Sequence record: DRR723986_566 | Direction: 5' to 3' (one strand) | DNA: 60,174 nucleotides | In this document: piece after piece, positions 37,665 to 46,850 of the stretch | Numbering within the stretch: position 1 is the first letter of the stretch | Layout: the number at the start of each line of letters is the position of its first letter | Position numbers and translations under genes: made by a program | Notes under the pieces: model-generated | What the model saw: only the letters and a program-made list of their open reading frames with translations | Told to the model about the DNA's origin: nothing | The model's database searches: none

Positions 37665-38591
37665 TTAGGGCATGGGGGCGCCGTTGCTTGCTTCCAGAAT
37701 ATCATACCAATCCCTGCGGGTTATCTTAACCTCCAATGCATCTGCGGCGGCACGAATGCGGCCCAGGTTCTGCGTGCCAACAATAGGCACAACATTTGCC
37801 GGATGAGCCAATAAAAAGGCAAGGGCTATCGCCGCCCGGTCGCTGTTGTTTTCTGCGGCTAGGCGATCCAGAACTGGCAGCAGACGCTGAATTTTTTTGG
37901 CTTTTTCTGTGTCTTCTGATTGGCCGCTGAGAAGCTCGCCGCCTGCAAGAGGCGACCATGCGAAGGTCACCATTTTATTTTCTTGCGCTTGGTCCAATAC
38001 GCCGTCGGTAATAGGTGCGGTTTGCAGGCAGGAAAATTCGGGCTGATGCGAAACAAGCGGTTGGTTCAGGTATTTTTGCAAGGCTGATGTTTGGCTGGGT
38101 GTATAGTTTGACACCCCAACTGATCGAATTTTGCCCGCATCCAAAAGGTGGTTCAGGGCCTCGGCAACCTCATCAAACGGCGCGAGCAAATCAGGTCGGT
38201 GAATTTGGTACAGGTCAATACAATCAGTCTTTAGTCGTTTCAGCGATCCTTCGCAGGCGCTGATCAAATAGTCTTTAGATGAGTTGTAGGGCAAACCGGG
38301 AATGATGCCGCCTTTGGTGGCCAACACCATGTCGTCGCGCAGGCTTTTTTTTGCGACCAGCACGTCGCCTAGCAGGGCCTCCGCTTCGCCGAATCCGCCT
38401 GGCCAAGTGGTGCCGTAAATGTCGGCAGTATCAATGAGCGTAAAACCGCATGCCAGCGCCGTTTCAATTTTGGCGGTGGCTGTATTCACATCTGTGCCAG
38501 CAAAGCGCCAACAGCCGTATGCGATGGGCCCAAAAGTAAGCGATGTGCCGGTGAGCGTGTGGGTGCTGGGAAAAACCAGATGGTCTGTCAT
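37665..38591 (-). CDS. Aldo/keto reductase
   Basis: DTADIYG, SLKRLKTDCIDLYQIHRPD, GVSN, WSPLAGG. Confidence 0.93.
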   Translation of the reverse strand: MTDHLVFPSTHTLTGTSLTFGPIAYGCWRFAGTDVNTATAKIETALACGFTLIDTADIYGTTWPGGFGEAEALLGDVLVAKKSLRDDMVLATKGGIIPGLPYNSSKDYLISACEGSLKRLKTDCIDLYQIHRPDLLAPFDEVAEALNHLLDAGKIRSVGVSNYTPSQTSALQKYLNQPLVSHQPEFSCLQTAPITDGVLDQAQENKMVTFAWSPLAGGELLSGQSEDTEKAKKIQRLLPVLDRLAAENNSDRAAIALAFLLAHPANVVPIVGTQNLGRIRAAADALEVKITRRDWYDILEASNGAPMP

Positions 38592-38757
38592 GATATTCCT
38601 TTGGTGCGAAAAGGGCTGTTGCTTGGGTTCGCTTATAAAAAAGTGTGCTGCAGCTGGAAAGCTTTTTAGCAGAAGTTTTTAAATTTCCATTGCATAGCTT
38701 GAGCGGCTTGTCGGTGCCTGTTAGGCTGTTTTAACAATTTCAGCAGAGGTTATAAAG

Positions 38758-39363
38758 ATGATCACATTATTTTGGTGCCCGCAAACACGGGCTGCGCGCG
38801 GGCTTTGGATGCTTGAAGAGCTTGGCCAGCCTTTTGAGGTTAAGCACATTGATATTCATGACGAAGCTTCGAAGAATGACCCCATGTTCCAGATTGCCAG
38901 CCCGATGGGCAAAGTACCAGCCCTCATGGACGGTGATGTTTTCGTTTCAGAATCAGCGGCAATCTGTCTTTATCTGGCTGACAAATACAGCGACGCAGGG
39001 CTCGCGCCGGCTGTTGATGACCTAGGCCGTGGGCGGTTCCTATACTGGATGATGTTCACACCAGCTGTGCTTGAGCCTGCCATGGCGGAAAAGTTTGGCG
39101 GTTGGGATGTGAACACAAAATCACATGGTTGGGGAGATTTTGACAGCATGATCAAGACACTGGAAGGTGGCCTAAAGCAAGGGCAATGGCTTATGGGCGA
39201 GCAATTCACCGCCGCAGATGTTATTGTTGGCTCGTCGGCTCATTTCCTCAAGAAATTTAATATTTTGCCTGAAAGCCCTATTATTGACGCTTACATTGAG
39301 CGCTGTCTTGAACGCCCCGCTTACCAGCGCGCTTTAGCGCGAGAAGAAGTGGCAGCTGACTAA
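38758..39363 (+). CDS. Glutathione S-transferase family protein
   Basis: WMLEELG, PMGKVPAL, ESAAICLYL, FTAADV. Confidence 0.93.
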   Translation: MITLFWCPQTRAARGLWMLEELGQPFEVKHIDIHDEASKNDPMFQIASPMGKVPALMDGDVFVSESAAICLYLADKYSDAGLAPAVDDLGRGRFLYWMMFTPAVLEPAMAEKFGGWDVNTKSHGWGDFDSMIKTLEGGLKQGQWLMGEQFTAADVIVGSSAHFLKKFNILPESPIIDAYIERCLERPAYQRALAREEVAAD

Positions 39364-40142
39364 GCAGCTGCCTTGGTCAATACCGGATCAGGCCTTGTTT
39401 GCGCGCTTACTTCGGCAGCCGCAAGATAGTGACTTGGTTCTCCCGCATTCAACATCGCTCTCACGTCTGCGTAGGGCTGCGTTAGTAGATGCTCCCAATC
39501 TTGCCCCGGCAACCACGCGGCTTTGCGGCCGTTGCGGTAAGCTTGCCAAACGGCTTTCAGCACACCGTGACCGGGGAACTGGCGGCTGTATTTAACTGCG
39601 CCCATAGCGGCAATGGCGGCAAAACCGAGGCTTTTGGTTTGTGGGTAGGAAAACGCAACCACGCAAATTTCGCCCAGGCCGTCGCGGCCATAACCGGAAA
39701 CCACATGCCACAGATCGTGCATTTCTCTGGTGCGCATGGTGTAGCGTGCCAACTCTTCATGGTTCATGCCTGCATAGGCTTCGTCGCTGGCTTCCACTAA
39801 TCCTTCGGCGGTAATGCCTTCGCGGGTCATGAAGTCTAGATAAACCCGGCCAAGAGAGCCTTCGGGCAGTTTGGCCAGCGCCGCGCGGTCAGCCAATGTG
39901 TCGAGAAGGTCAATTTCATTAGCGAGAATATTTGCGCCGATTTCGGTTTTGCTGAAACGTTTATATTGGTTGAACAATGATTTGCCGGTTAAAGCCCGCA
40001 TAATGGTGAAAACCTGCACGGTGTCTTCAGGGTTTGCCATGAGGGCGCGCAGGGCTTTCCATGCTTTGCGAAATTCCATTTTAGGCGGCGTATAGGGTGT
40101 TTGAGCTTTTTGTGTGGCCGATGTGGTTGCCAAAGTTGCCAT
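39360..40142 (-). CDS. Coq4-family protein (copy 2)
   Basis: LPEGSLGRVY, REMHDLWHVVSGYGRDGLGE (HDxxH..E). Confidence 0.88.
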   Translation of the reverse strand: MATLATTSATQKAQTPYTPPKMEFRKAWKALRALMANPEDTVQVFTIMRALTGKSLFNQYKRFSKTEIGANILANEIDLLDTLADRAALAKLPEGSLGRVYLDFMTREGITAEGLVEASDEAYAGMNHEELARYTMRTREMHDLWHVVSGYGRDGLGEICVVAFSYPQTKSLGFAAIAAMGAVKYSRQFPGHGVLKAVWQAYRNGRKAAWLPGQDWEHLLTQPYADVRAMLNAGEPSHYLAAAEVSAQTRPDPVLTKAAA

Positions 40143-40155
40143 AATGAAAATCCTT

Positions 40156-40208
40156 TACTGACATAAATGTTGATTAATATATATGAATTTATAAACATAA
40201 ATGTCAAT
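40156..40208. promoter_or_regulatory. Two TetR-type operator palindromes
   Basis: ACATAAATGT at 40161 and 40195. Confidence 0.6.
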
Positions 40209-40364
40209 AGTAATGAAATTAAAAAAAAGCACACCGATATTATTCAGAAAAATCAGTGGCTTATAACTGAGGGTAATTTTGGATTTATAGCTTACGCATA
40301 GTCGAGATGAATAAGAGTCTCTAGTGAGGCTCTAGAATCGATGTTAAGCTTTTTGTATTTGGCT

Positions 40365-41114
40365 CTATTCAGCGGCGGCTTGGATAACGGGAGCAGGGCG
40401 TGTCTCGCGAATAACATGCTCCATGGCCAAATAGTCGGCTGGCTTGGGTATACGCAAATCGCGCCGCACATCATCCAGAGGTAGGGTCAGCAAATGTTCC
40501 CAATCAAGGCCGGGGAACCATTCAGCTTTGCGACCGGTGCGAAAGGCCTTCCATGCCGCTCGGAATATGCGGTTGCCAGGGAATTGCCGGTTATATTCAT
40601 AGGCGCCCATTAAGGCTATGGCCGCAAAACCCAGGCTTTTGGTTTGCCCATATGAGAAAGCCACAACACACACTTCGCCCAGCCCGTCTCGGCCATAGCC
40701 AGTTACAACGTGCCAAAGGTCATGCATTTCGCGGGTGCGCATAACATAGCGCTCAAAATCTTTGTCGGTAAACTCGGTGTAGGTCTCGCTGCTGGCTTCT
40801 ACCAAGCCTTCGGCGGTGATGCCTTCACGTTCCATGAAGTTTATATAGGTTTTGCCCAGCGTACCTTCAGGCAGCTTCTTCAGGGCTTCGCGGTCTGCAA
40901 GGGTTGTTAGTAAGTCGCGCTGTTCGTTTATTATCTGTTGGCCGGTTACCGAGGTGCGAAACTTTAGATACTGTTTCCATATGGACTTCCCCGTAAGCGC
41001 CCGCATAATGCGAAAAACCTGCACGGTGTCTTCCGGGTCTGCAATCAACGCCTTAAGCGCCCGCCAAGCGGTGCGAAACTCCATAGGGGGAAGCTTAATG
41101 GTTTGCGTTGCCAT
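40365..41114 (-). CDS. Coq4-family protein (copy 1)
   Basis: LPEGTLGKTY, REMHDLWHVVTGYGRDGLGE; close paralogue of 39360-40142. Confidence 0.88.
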   Translation of the reverse strand: MATQTIKLPPMEFRTAWRALKALIADPEDTVQVFRIMRALTGKSIWKQYLKFRTSVTGQQIINEQRDLLTTLADREALKKLPEGTLGKTYINFMEREGITAEGLVEASSETYTEFTDKDFERYVMRTREMHDLWHVVTGYGRDGLGEVCVVAFSYGQTKSLGFAAIALMGAYEYNRQFPGNRIFRAAWKAFRTGRKAEWFPGLDWEHLLTLPLDDVRRDLRIPKPADYLAMEHVIRETRPAPVIQAAAE

Positions 41115-41167
41115 ATTTCTTGTCCTTGCGCATGCGGTGGCAGGAGGGTTATTCTATGCATTCTTGT

Positions 41168-41187
41168 TACTAACAAAACTGTTAATA
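41168..41187. promoter_or_regulatory. TetR-type operator palindrome
   Basis: TACTAACA-AAAC-TGTTAATA; same ACA-N4-TGT core as the 40156 site. Confidence 0.6.
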
Positions 41188-41233
41188 AGACTATCGCACA
41201 AATGGTTAAAATTTCAATGGTAATGGCAAACAA

Positions 41234-41872
41234 GTGACTATTCCGTCTAAAAGCAAAACCACAAAACGGGTTCGGCGCAGTGTTGCGGAAGCGCGTGCGC
41301 TGATACTTGCTGCGGCCCAAACCCGCTTGAAAGACGTGGGACCAGAAGGGTTGCAAATTAAAGAGATTGCCGCCATTGCCGGGGTTACTCATTCAACCAT
41401 TCTGCATCACTTTGGCAGTGCTGAGGGCTTGCGCGCGGCACTAGCTGAAGCAATGGTGGAAAAATTGCTGGGCGATATTCTCGCGGTGATGAGCGAGCGC
41501 GAGAAGATGGACCCTAACGATCGCACCATACTTTTCAAAGTGTTTGAAGTGTTGTCAGATGACGGGAATGCCCGCCTGCTTGCATGGTCTATGCTAAAGG
41601 GCGCAGACCCTGAGCAAGGCCAAGACACGTTAAAGGGCCTGTTCGACCAGTTACTTGTGGGTGTGATCGACTCTGTAAAAGAAGCAGCCGGCGATATGAT
41701 TGTGAATGACAGCGTGGCTGAGCGTCATGCCCGTTTCATCATTTATTTGGTGGCGTCAACGGCCGTGGGTGATGGTATTGCGGGAAGCTATTTAGCACAG
41801 CTTGTCGGCTTAAACGATGACGATGCCACAAGCGGTTTCCGTGACTGGTTCGCCGGACGCTTGTTTAGCTGA
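41234..41872 (+). CDS. TetR family regulator
   Basis: ILAAA..GLQIKEIAAIAGVTHSTILHHFGS HTH. Confidence 0.93.
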   Translation: MTIPSKSKTTKRVRRSVAEARALILAAAQTRLKDVGPEGLQIKEIAAIAGVTHSTILHHFGSAEGLRAALAEAMVEKLLGDILAVMSEREKMDPNDRTILFKVFEVLSDDGNARLLAWSMLKGADPEQGQDTLKGLFDQLLVGVIDSVKEAAGDMIVNDSVAERHARFIIYLVASTAVGDGIAGSYLAQLVGLNDDDATSGFRDWFAGRLFS

Positions 41873-41899
41873 TGTAAATAATACTACCTGAACTTTGAA

Positions 41900-42238
41900 T
41901 TACCGCGCCTGAACAATGTTTTCAGTTGGGTCGAAACCGCCGTCGCCCTTAGGAGGCGAACCGCCGGACTTGCCGCCAGTCCGAGAATAGCGAAAAACAG
42001 GTTTGGTTTTTACCGCTGCGATAATGAAGGCGATGGCGATGGCCAGAAATGCAGTGCCAACACTACCGGGTGAAATGGTTGCACCCCAAATGTTGATCTC
42101 CAATTGATCGCCGTTTTGACCGATACCTTTCACAAACAAAAGATAAGCTAAGTTGACGCTAAATATCGCGCCGCCGATCAGCAAACAGGTGATCAAAGCT
42201 CGAGAAACTGTAATATAGGGGTCTGCCTGATATGCCAT
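41900..42238 (-). CDS. Small hypothetical membrane protein
   Basis: GGAGG SD; two TM helices. Confidence 0.65.
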   Translation of the reverse strand: MAYQADPYITVSRALITCLLIGGAIFSVNLAYLLFVKGIGQNGDQLEINIWGATISPGSVGTAFLAIAIAFIIAAVKTKPVFRYSRTGGKSGGSPPKGDGGFDPTENIVQAR

Positions 42239-42297
42239 TTTACCCTCCCTTTTTGCTGGTATATTAAAGCAATTATTTTCTTATCAAGCAAGTTTAC

Positions 42298-44082
42298 CTA
42301 GCTAATGTAGCCTATGAAAATGTCCCAAAGCAGGCTTGCATTGGTTAACGTGGTTTTTCGAGTATCGACAGGTTGGCCGTTAATCCATGTACCTAACACC
42401 TTGGTGTTTTCTATGTCGTCCACCGGTATAGTCATTAGGTTGTTTGACATTATCACCAAATCAGCCTGTTTGCCCACCTCGAGGCTGCCGCGCTCGTCTT
42501 CCAAACCCAATTGCCAAGCGCCGTTAATGGTCAGGGCGCGCAGGGCTTGTTCGCGCGTCAGAACCTCAACCGCACCGACAACCGGCCCGCCGGCATTGGG
42601 TTGACGCGCAAGCATGGTCACTAATGACCTGAGCGGCCCGATAGGCGTTGCGGGATGATCTCCGTGAATACTGACGCGGTGCCCGGCTTTTACGGCTGTG
42701 CCGATGGGCATATAGCGGTTTGTGCGTTCCTGCCCGAATAGGGCCGGTAGTTTGTTGCCGTAGAAGCGAACATGGTCAATGAAAAAGCTGGTGGTGAAAC
42801 CAAGGGCGTGGGCGCGCGCGAGTTGCTCGGGTGTAATGAGTGCGTTGTGTTCCAGCCGGTGACGGTGGCCTCTGCTGTCATCTGCGCGCGGTTTTGTTTT
42901 CAATACCCGTTCGGCCACATTTAAAACCCGTTCAACCGCCAGTTCGCCCTGTACATGGGTCGCGATTTGGAAACCGCGGGCATGATAGTCGGCAAATTGG
43001 GCCTCATAGTCATCCACGGAAATCATCACTGCACCGCGGTGCCCCGGTTTAAGGTGCAGCCGTTCGGTTGTTAACGGTGTTGTCTCGTAAGGCTCTGCCA
43101 CCGCCGCGCCGCCAGCATAGGGGCTGCCGTCCATCCAGAATTTCACACCGATAACCGGCGCTGCCCCCATGGGCCGCTCTGGTTTTTGATCATGAGTTAT
43201 TTGATCAGGCAGGGCGTAGATGATGGATTGCACCGGCGTGTGCGGGTTGGCCGCACGGCGTTTCAACAAGGCAACCGGGTCGGCGGCATTGCCTACGGGG
43301 CCAACGGTTGCAACCGTGGTGTAGCCTGCTTTGGCATAATTTGCATAAAACTGGTTTAGGAGCAGATCATTGGCCCCCGCCGGAAGCGGCGGCATGGCGG
43401 CTAGCACGGTACGAATGGCCCCAACCTCACGCACCGTGCCGGTAAGCGCGCCGCTTTCATCGCGCACATACTCGCCCGCGGGTGGGTTCGGCACATCGCC
43501 GACAATACCGGCAGCTTCCATCGCGGCAGAGTTGACGTAGGCGTCATGCATCATTTGCGTGAGGATCAAGAGCGGCTTGTTGGGGGAGAGGGCGTCCAGT
43601 TCCGCTAAAGTTGGCGGTTCAAGATCATCAATCATCACTGGGTCCCAGCCGAAGGCCAGCACCCAGTCTCGGTTGTTTGTTGCCACACCGTCACGCAAGG
43701 CTTGCATCACGCTGGCGCGGTTGGTGTATGTAAAGCCGCTCACATCAAGGGTGGCGGCAAACTGCGCGGCGGCGATGGGGTGAGAGTGTGGCTCGATCAG
43801 CCCTGGCATCAAGGTTGCGCCCTTCAGGTCTCGCTCAACTGCACCGCCTGAGCTATCAGCCAAGTCGCGTATTGCCGAAAGACTGCCAACACCCGCGATG
43901 CGTCCATTTTCAATGTAAAGCGCTTCGGCGGTTGGTTTCGCCAGGTTCATGGTAATAATGGGACCGCCGGTGAAAATCAGTTTTTCAGGCACGGTGGCGG
44001 GCTTTAGCCAAATCCAGCTCGCAAATATGATAACTGCCGCTGCTACAAGTGTTGTTGCCGCACGTTTCTGCCATTTTCCCAC
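42298..44082 (-). CDS. Amidohydrolase_3 (YtcJ-like) protein
   Basis: PGLIEPHSH, KFWMDGS, HVQGE, RLEH, RGSLEVGKQAD. Confidence 0.92.
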   Translation of the reverse strand: MGKWQKRAATTLVAAAVIIFASWIWLKPATVPEKLIFTGGPIITMNLAKPTAEALYIENGRIAGVGSLSAIRDLADSSGGAVERDLKGATLMPGLIEPHSHPIAAAQFAATLDVSGFTYTNRASVMQALRDGVATNNRDWVLAFGWDPVMIDDLEPPTLAELDALSPNKPLLILTQMMHDAYVNSAAMEAAGIVGDVPNPPAGEYVRDESGALTGTVREVGAIRTVLAAMPPLPAGANDLLLNQFYANYAKAGYTTVATVGPVGNAADPVALLKRRAANPHTPVQSIIYALPDQITHDQKPERPMGAAPVIGVKFWMDGSPYAGGAAVAEPYETTPLTTERLHLKPGHRGAVMISVDDYEAQFADYHARGFQIATHVQGELAVERVLNVAERVLKTKPRADDSRGHRHRLEHNALITPEQLARAHALGFTTSFFIDHVRFYGNKLPALFGQERTNRYMPIGTAVKAGHRVSIHGDHPATPIGPLRSLVTMLARQPNAGGPVVGAVEVLTREQALRALTINGAWQLGLEDERGSLEVGKQADLVIMSNNLMTIPVDDIENTKVLGTWINGQPVDTRKTTLTNASLLWDIFIGYIS

Positions 44083-44205
44083 ATTTATCCCCTATATCTA
44101 GTGGTCCACCCTTTAGATAGCGCGCGGGGGCTTACAGGCAAAAAGCTTGTGACCTCATGGCGAGCGCGCTAGCGTGCCGGATCATATTATTTAAGGGGAT
44201 TGGTT

Positions 44206-44775
44206 ATGCGGAAACTATCAATTGGCTTGGCGATGATGAGTGCCTCGCTGCCTGTGGCGGCTGACGGTTTGTTTGAAACTTTGCAGGCCAACTGTGGCAA
44301 GTCGTTTCAGGGCACAGTTGTCCGCGCGCCGGAAGGGGACCCGTGGCGCAGCGCCAAGCTGGTGATGCACATCCGGGATTGTTCCGACACCCAGATAAAA
44401 GTGCCGCTGCATTATAATGACAACCATTCCCGGGTTTGGATTGTGACCCGCATTGAAGGAAACCGGCTGCGTCTGAAGCATGACCACCGGCACGAAAATG
44501 GCCATTCAGATGCGGTTACTATGTACGGCGGTGAAACCGCTGCGGGGGACGGCGCGCCGGGCGACAGCGATGCTGATTTTATTGTGGATGCGGAAAGCGT
44601 GAAGATATTTTTTGATAACGGCAACACCCGCAGCCCGGACAATGTGTGGAGCATGGCAGTGAAGGGCACCACCTTCACCTACGGTCTTGTGCGCCCCGAC
44701 CTTGATTTTCTGGCAGCCTTTGACCTAACCAAACCCGTCGCCACACCGCCCCCAGCCTGGGATTTGGTTCACTAG
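44206..44775 (+). CDS. Conserved-looking exported hypothetical protein
   Basis: Signal peptide; CGKSFQG, MHIRDC, LRLKHDHRHENG, TMYGG. Confidence 0.8.
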   Translation: MRKLSIGLAMMSASLPVAADGLFETLQANCGKSFQGTVVRAPEGDPWRSAKLVMHIRDCSDTQIKVPLHYNDNHSRVWIVTRIEGNRLRLKHDHRHENGHSDAVTMYGGETAAGDGAPGDSDADFIVDAESVKIFFDNGNTRSPDNVWSMAVKGTTFTYGLVRPDLDFLAAFDLTKPVATPPPAWDLVH

Positions 44776-45653
44776 ATATCAGCCAATAAACTATCAGGGT
44801 GCACGCCGTCCACATAGCCCATGAAGGCGTCGTGGATGGAATAGCCCATAAGTTCGCGCGCGCGCTTGGGTAGTTTTGCAGCCTCACTTGCGGGCATTAT
44901 TGCCATCATATTTTCGAGCTGACGTGCCCATCCGGGGCAATATTGTGGGGTTACGATTAACCGCGGGGCGTCTGATTTGTTGGCGCCGCCCCTGTGCCAC
45001 AAAGTCCCTTTTGCCACCATTAGGGAGCCTGACGGCAGCGTAACCTTAAGGGCATCCGGGTGTGGTTTTGGGTCAAAGTTCACATCGCGCTCCCGCGGGT
45101 CGTAAGCATCTTTGAAGTCAGGCATGGACATTTCAGGCTTGGCCCACAGGTGGCTTTTCGGAATAATTTCCGTTGCACCGTTGGTTTCCGTCATATCGTC
45201 AATGGCCCAAAAGGTACTGACGCCGTATGGTGGGTGCGGCAGGGGAATATTGATTTGGCTGTCATCATAATGCCAGTCTTGCACCGTCTCGCCGGGATGC
45301 AGGTTTATTGCCAGCAGGGCGGACAGCAAGCAGGATGAACCTAGTTCGCGTTCCACGAAAGCCATCGCCAGTGGGTGCATGACCATTTTCGAAAACACTT
45401 CGGGGGATTTGGCTAAAAGTGCATAAACCCGGTTTGATTTAAAGCCTTCAAAGTCATTGCGCCCGGTTTTGGTGAGGTAAGGCGCAAGCGCGGCCCGCAC
45501 GTCTGTCACATCGCCTGCCGACATGACGTTTTCAAAGGTTACATAGCCCATTTCGTCATATTCGGCATAGCACTCATCAAAACTGCGGCCACCGAGCCAC
45601 GGTGCCAGACAATCATGTTTGTTTTGTTCAGTTTCTGCCTTTGGGTGTTTCAT
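44772..45653 (-). CDS. Phytanoyl-CoA dioxygenase (PhyH) family
   Basis: WHYDD (HxD), NGATEIIPKSH, LWHRGGAN..R. Confidence 0.92.
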   Translation of the reverse strand: MKHPKAETEQNKHDCLAPWLGGRSFDECYAEYDEMGYVTFENVMSAGDVTDVRAALAPYLTKTGRNDFEGFKSNRVYALLAKSPEVFSKMVMHPLAMAFVERELGSSCLLSALLAINLHPGETVQDWHYDDSQINIPLPHPPYGVSTFWAIDDMTETNGATEIIPKSHLWAKPEMSMPDFKDAYDPRERDVNFDPKPHPDALKVTLPSGSLMVAKGTLWHRGGANKSDAPRLIVTPQYCPGWARQLENMMAIMPASEAAKLPKRARELMGYSIHDAFMGYVDGVHPDSLLADI

Positions 45654-45703
45654 AATGCCGCTCTCCCCATTCATGATTTATAGCGCAGGCACGATGAGGC
45701 AAT

Positions 45704-45733
45704 AAAAAAGACCCCAGCAGATGCTGGGGCCTT
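45704..45733 (-). repeat. 30-bp terminator direct repeat, copy 1
   Basis: AAAAAAGACCCCAGCAGATGCTGGGGCCTT, identical to 49514-49543. Confidence 0.92.
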
Positions 45734-45770
45734 TGCCATAGTAGGTTATGCTGCCGACCCAATAGACAAC

Positions 45771-46742
45771 CTACTTACTTTGTTCAACTTTCGTTTCCAG
45801 CTGACGTTGGGCATCAACGGTTGCCATATAGTTGTTATGCAAAACCAGATATTCCTCGCTGGATTTGGCAACTGCGTAAACCCCTGACTGCACGCCGTCT
45901 TCCTGATTTTGCCCCTGCATTGAGGCAAGACCAGCAAGGTTAGAGATTAAACTTGCCTTTGTGCCAGCCTGCATACCTTGCACATGCATGTAGCGGTATG
46001 TGTCGGCCGAGCGATTGTCGCCGGCAACTCTGGTTACTGCTGCTGCCGATGCCAAAGTTGCGCCTTGCCCGCCAAGGAACTTTGATGCGAGACCACCCAT
46101 GCCACTGGACAAGGCAGCCTGTTCGCCGCCAAGAACTTGGTCATATGAATTGAGGTTCTTGTTAATGTGGTTCATGGCATTAATCAGCACATCACCAATT
46201 GCAACCGACCCTTTACGGATTTCTTTTAGGCGTTTTTTAGCCTTTTTACGTTTCATGGTGCCTGCATCGCGTTCTGCAACCACGGTGTCGTAGGCAGTGT
46301 TGTAGCATGCCTGCGAATTATTTATGGCAGTTTGAACTTTGGTTAATTTAACGGCGTCTTCACTCATGTGATTGCCGTAGGCGGCGAAACGATCATTTGC
46401 GTCTGGATAGTCAGTAGACATCTGGTCGCTGTAGGCTGCTACGTTGTCGATCATGCCACTATATTTGTTGATTTTATTGATGGTGTTTGCAGCTTTGAAT
46501 GCACTGCCGCCCGCGCCGGCCAAACCGGCAATGCTTCCAAGTGATGCGAAAAGGCCGCTCGCCTTTCTGCTTTTCTCCTGCATAGATTTCTTCGGCTTGA
46601 CCAGCTTGGCCATTTCCTTCATGTCGGCATAACATTCCTTAAAATATTTTGCTTTGAAGGATTTGGCACTGACCCCCCCAGTGCTTAGCGGCGATAGTGC
46701 AATTGCTGCACATGTTGCCGCGATACATAACTTGCGTTTCAT
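45771..46742 (-). CDS. Exported helical hypothetical protein with glycine-zipper-like segments
   Basis: Signal MKRKLCIAATCAAIAL; GLFASLGSIAGLAGAGG; helical, Lys-rich. Confidence 0.75.
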   Translation of the reverse strand: MKRKLCIAATCAAIALSPLSTGGVSAKSFKAKYFKECYADMKEMAKLVKPKKSMQEKSRKASGLFASLGSIAGLAGAGGSAFKAANTINKINKYSGMIDNVAAYSDQMSTDYPDANDRFAAYGNHMSEDAVKLTKVQTAINNSQACYNTAYDTVVAERDAGTMKRKKAKKRLKEIRKGSVAIGDVLINAMNHINKNLNSYDQVLGGEQAALSSGMGGLASKFLGGQGATLASAAAVTRVAGDNRSADTYRYMHVQGMQAGTKASLISNLAGLASMQGQNQEDGVQSGVYAVAKSSEEYLVLHNNYMATVDAQRQLETKVEQSK

Positions 46743-46850
46743 GGTCTTCCCCTCTTGCCCTCGCCCCCTGAAATAAGGCGAAGAAACAATAGGGCGGCAT
46801 GGGGGCACGGCGCACTCCCATGAATATGGGATAAGGCGCAGAATCTACCC

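Noticed and set aside
44089-44104. NrdR-like 16-mer CCCCTATATCTAGTGG before the amidohydrolase
   Set aside because: No partner box at ~31 bp; overlaps the SD region; probably chance
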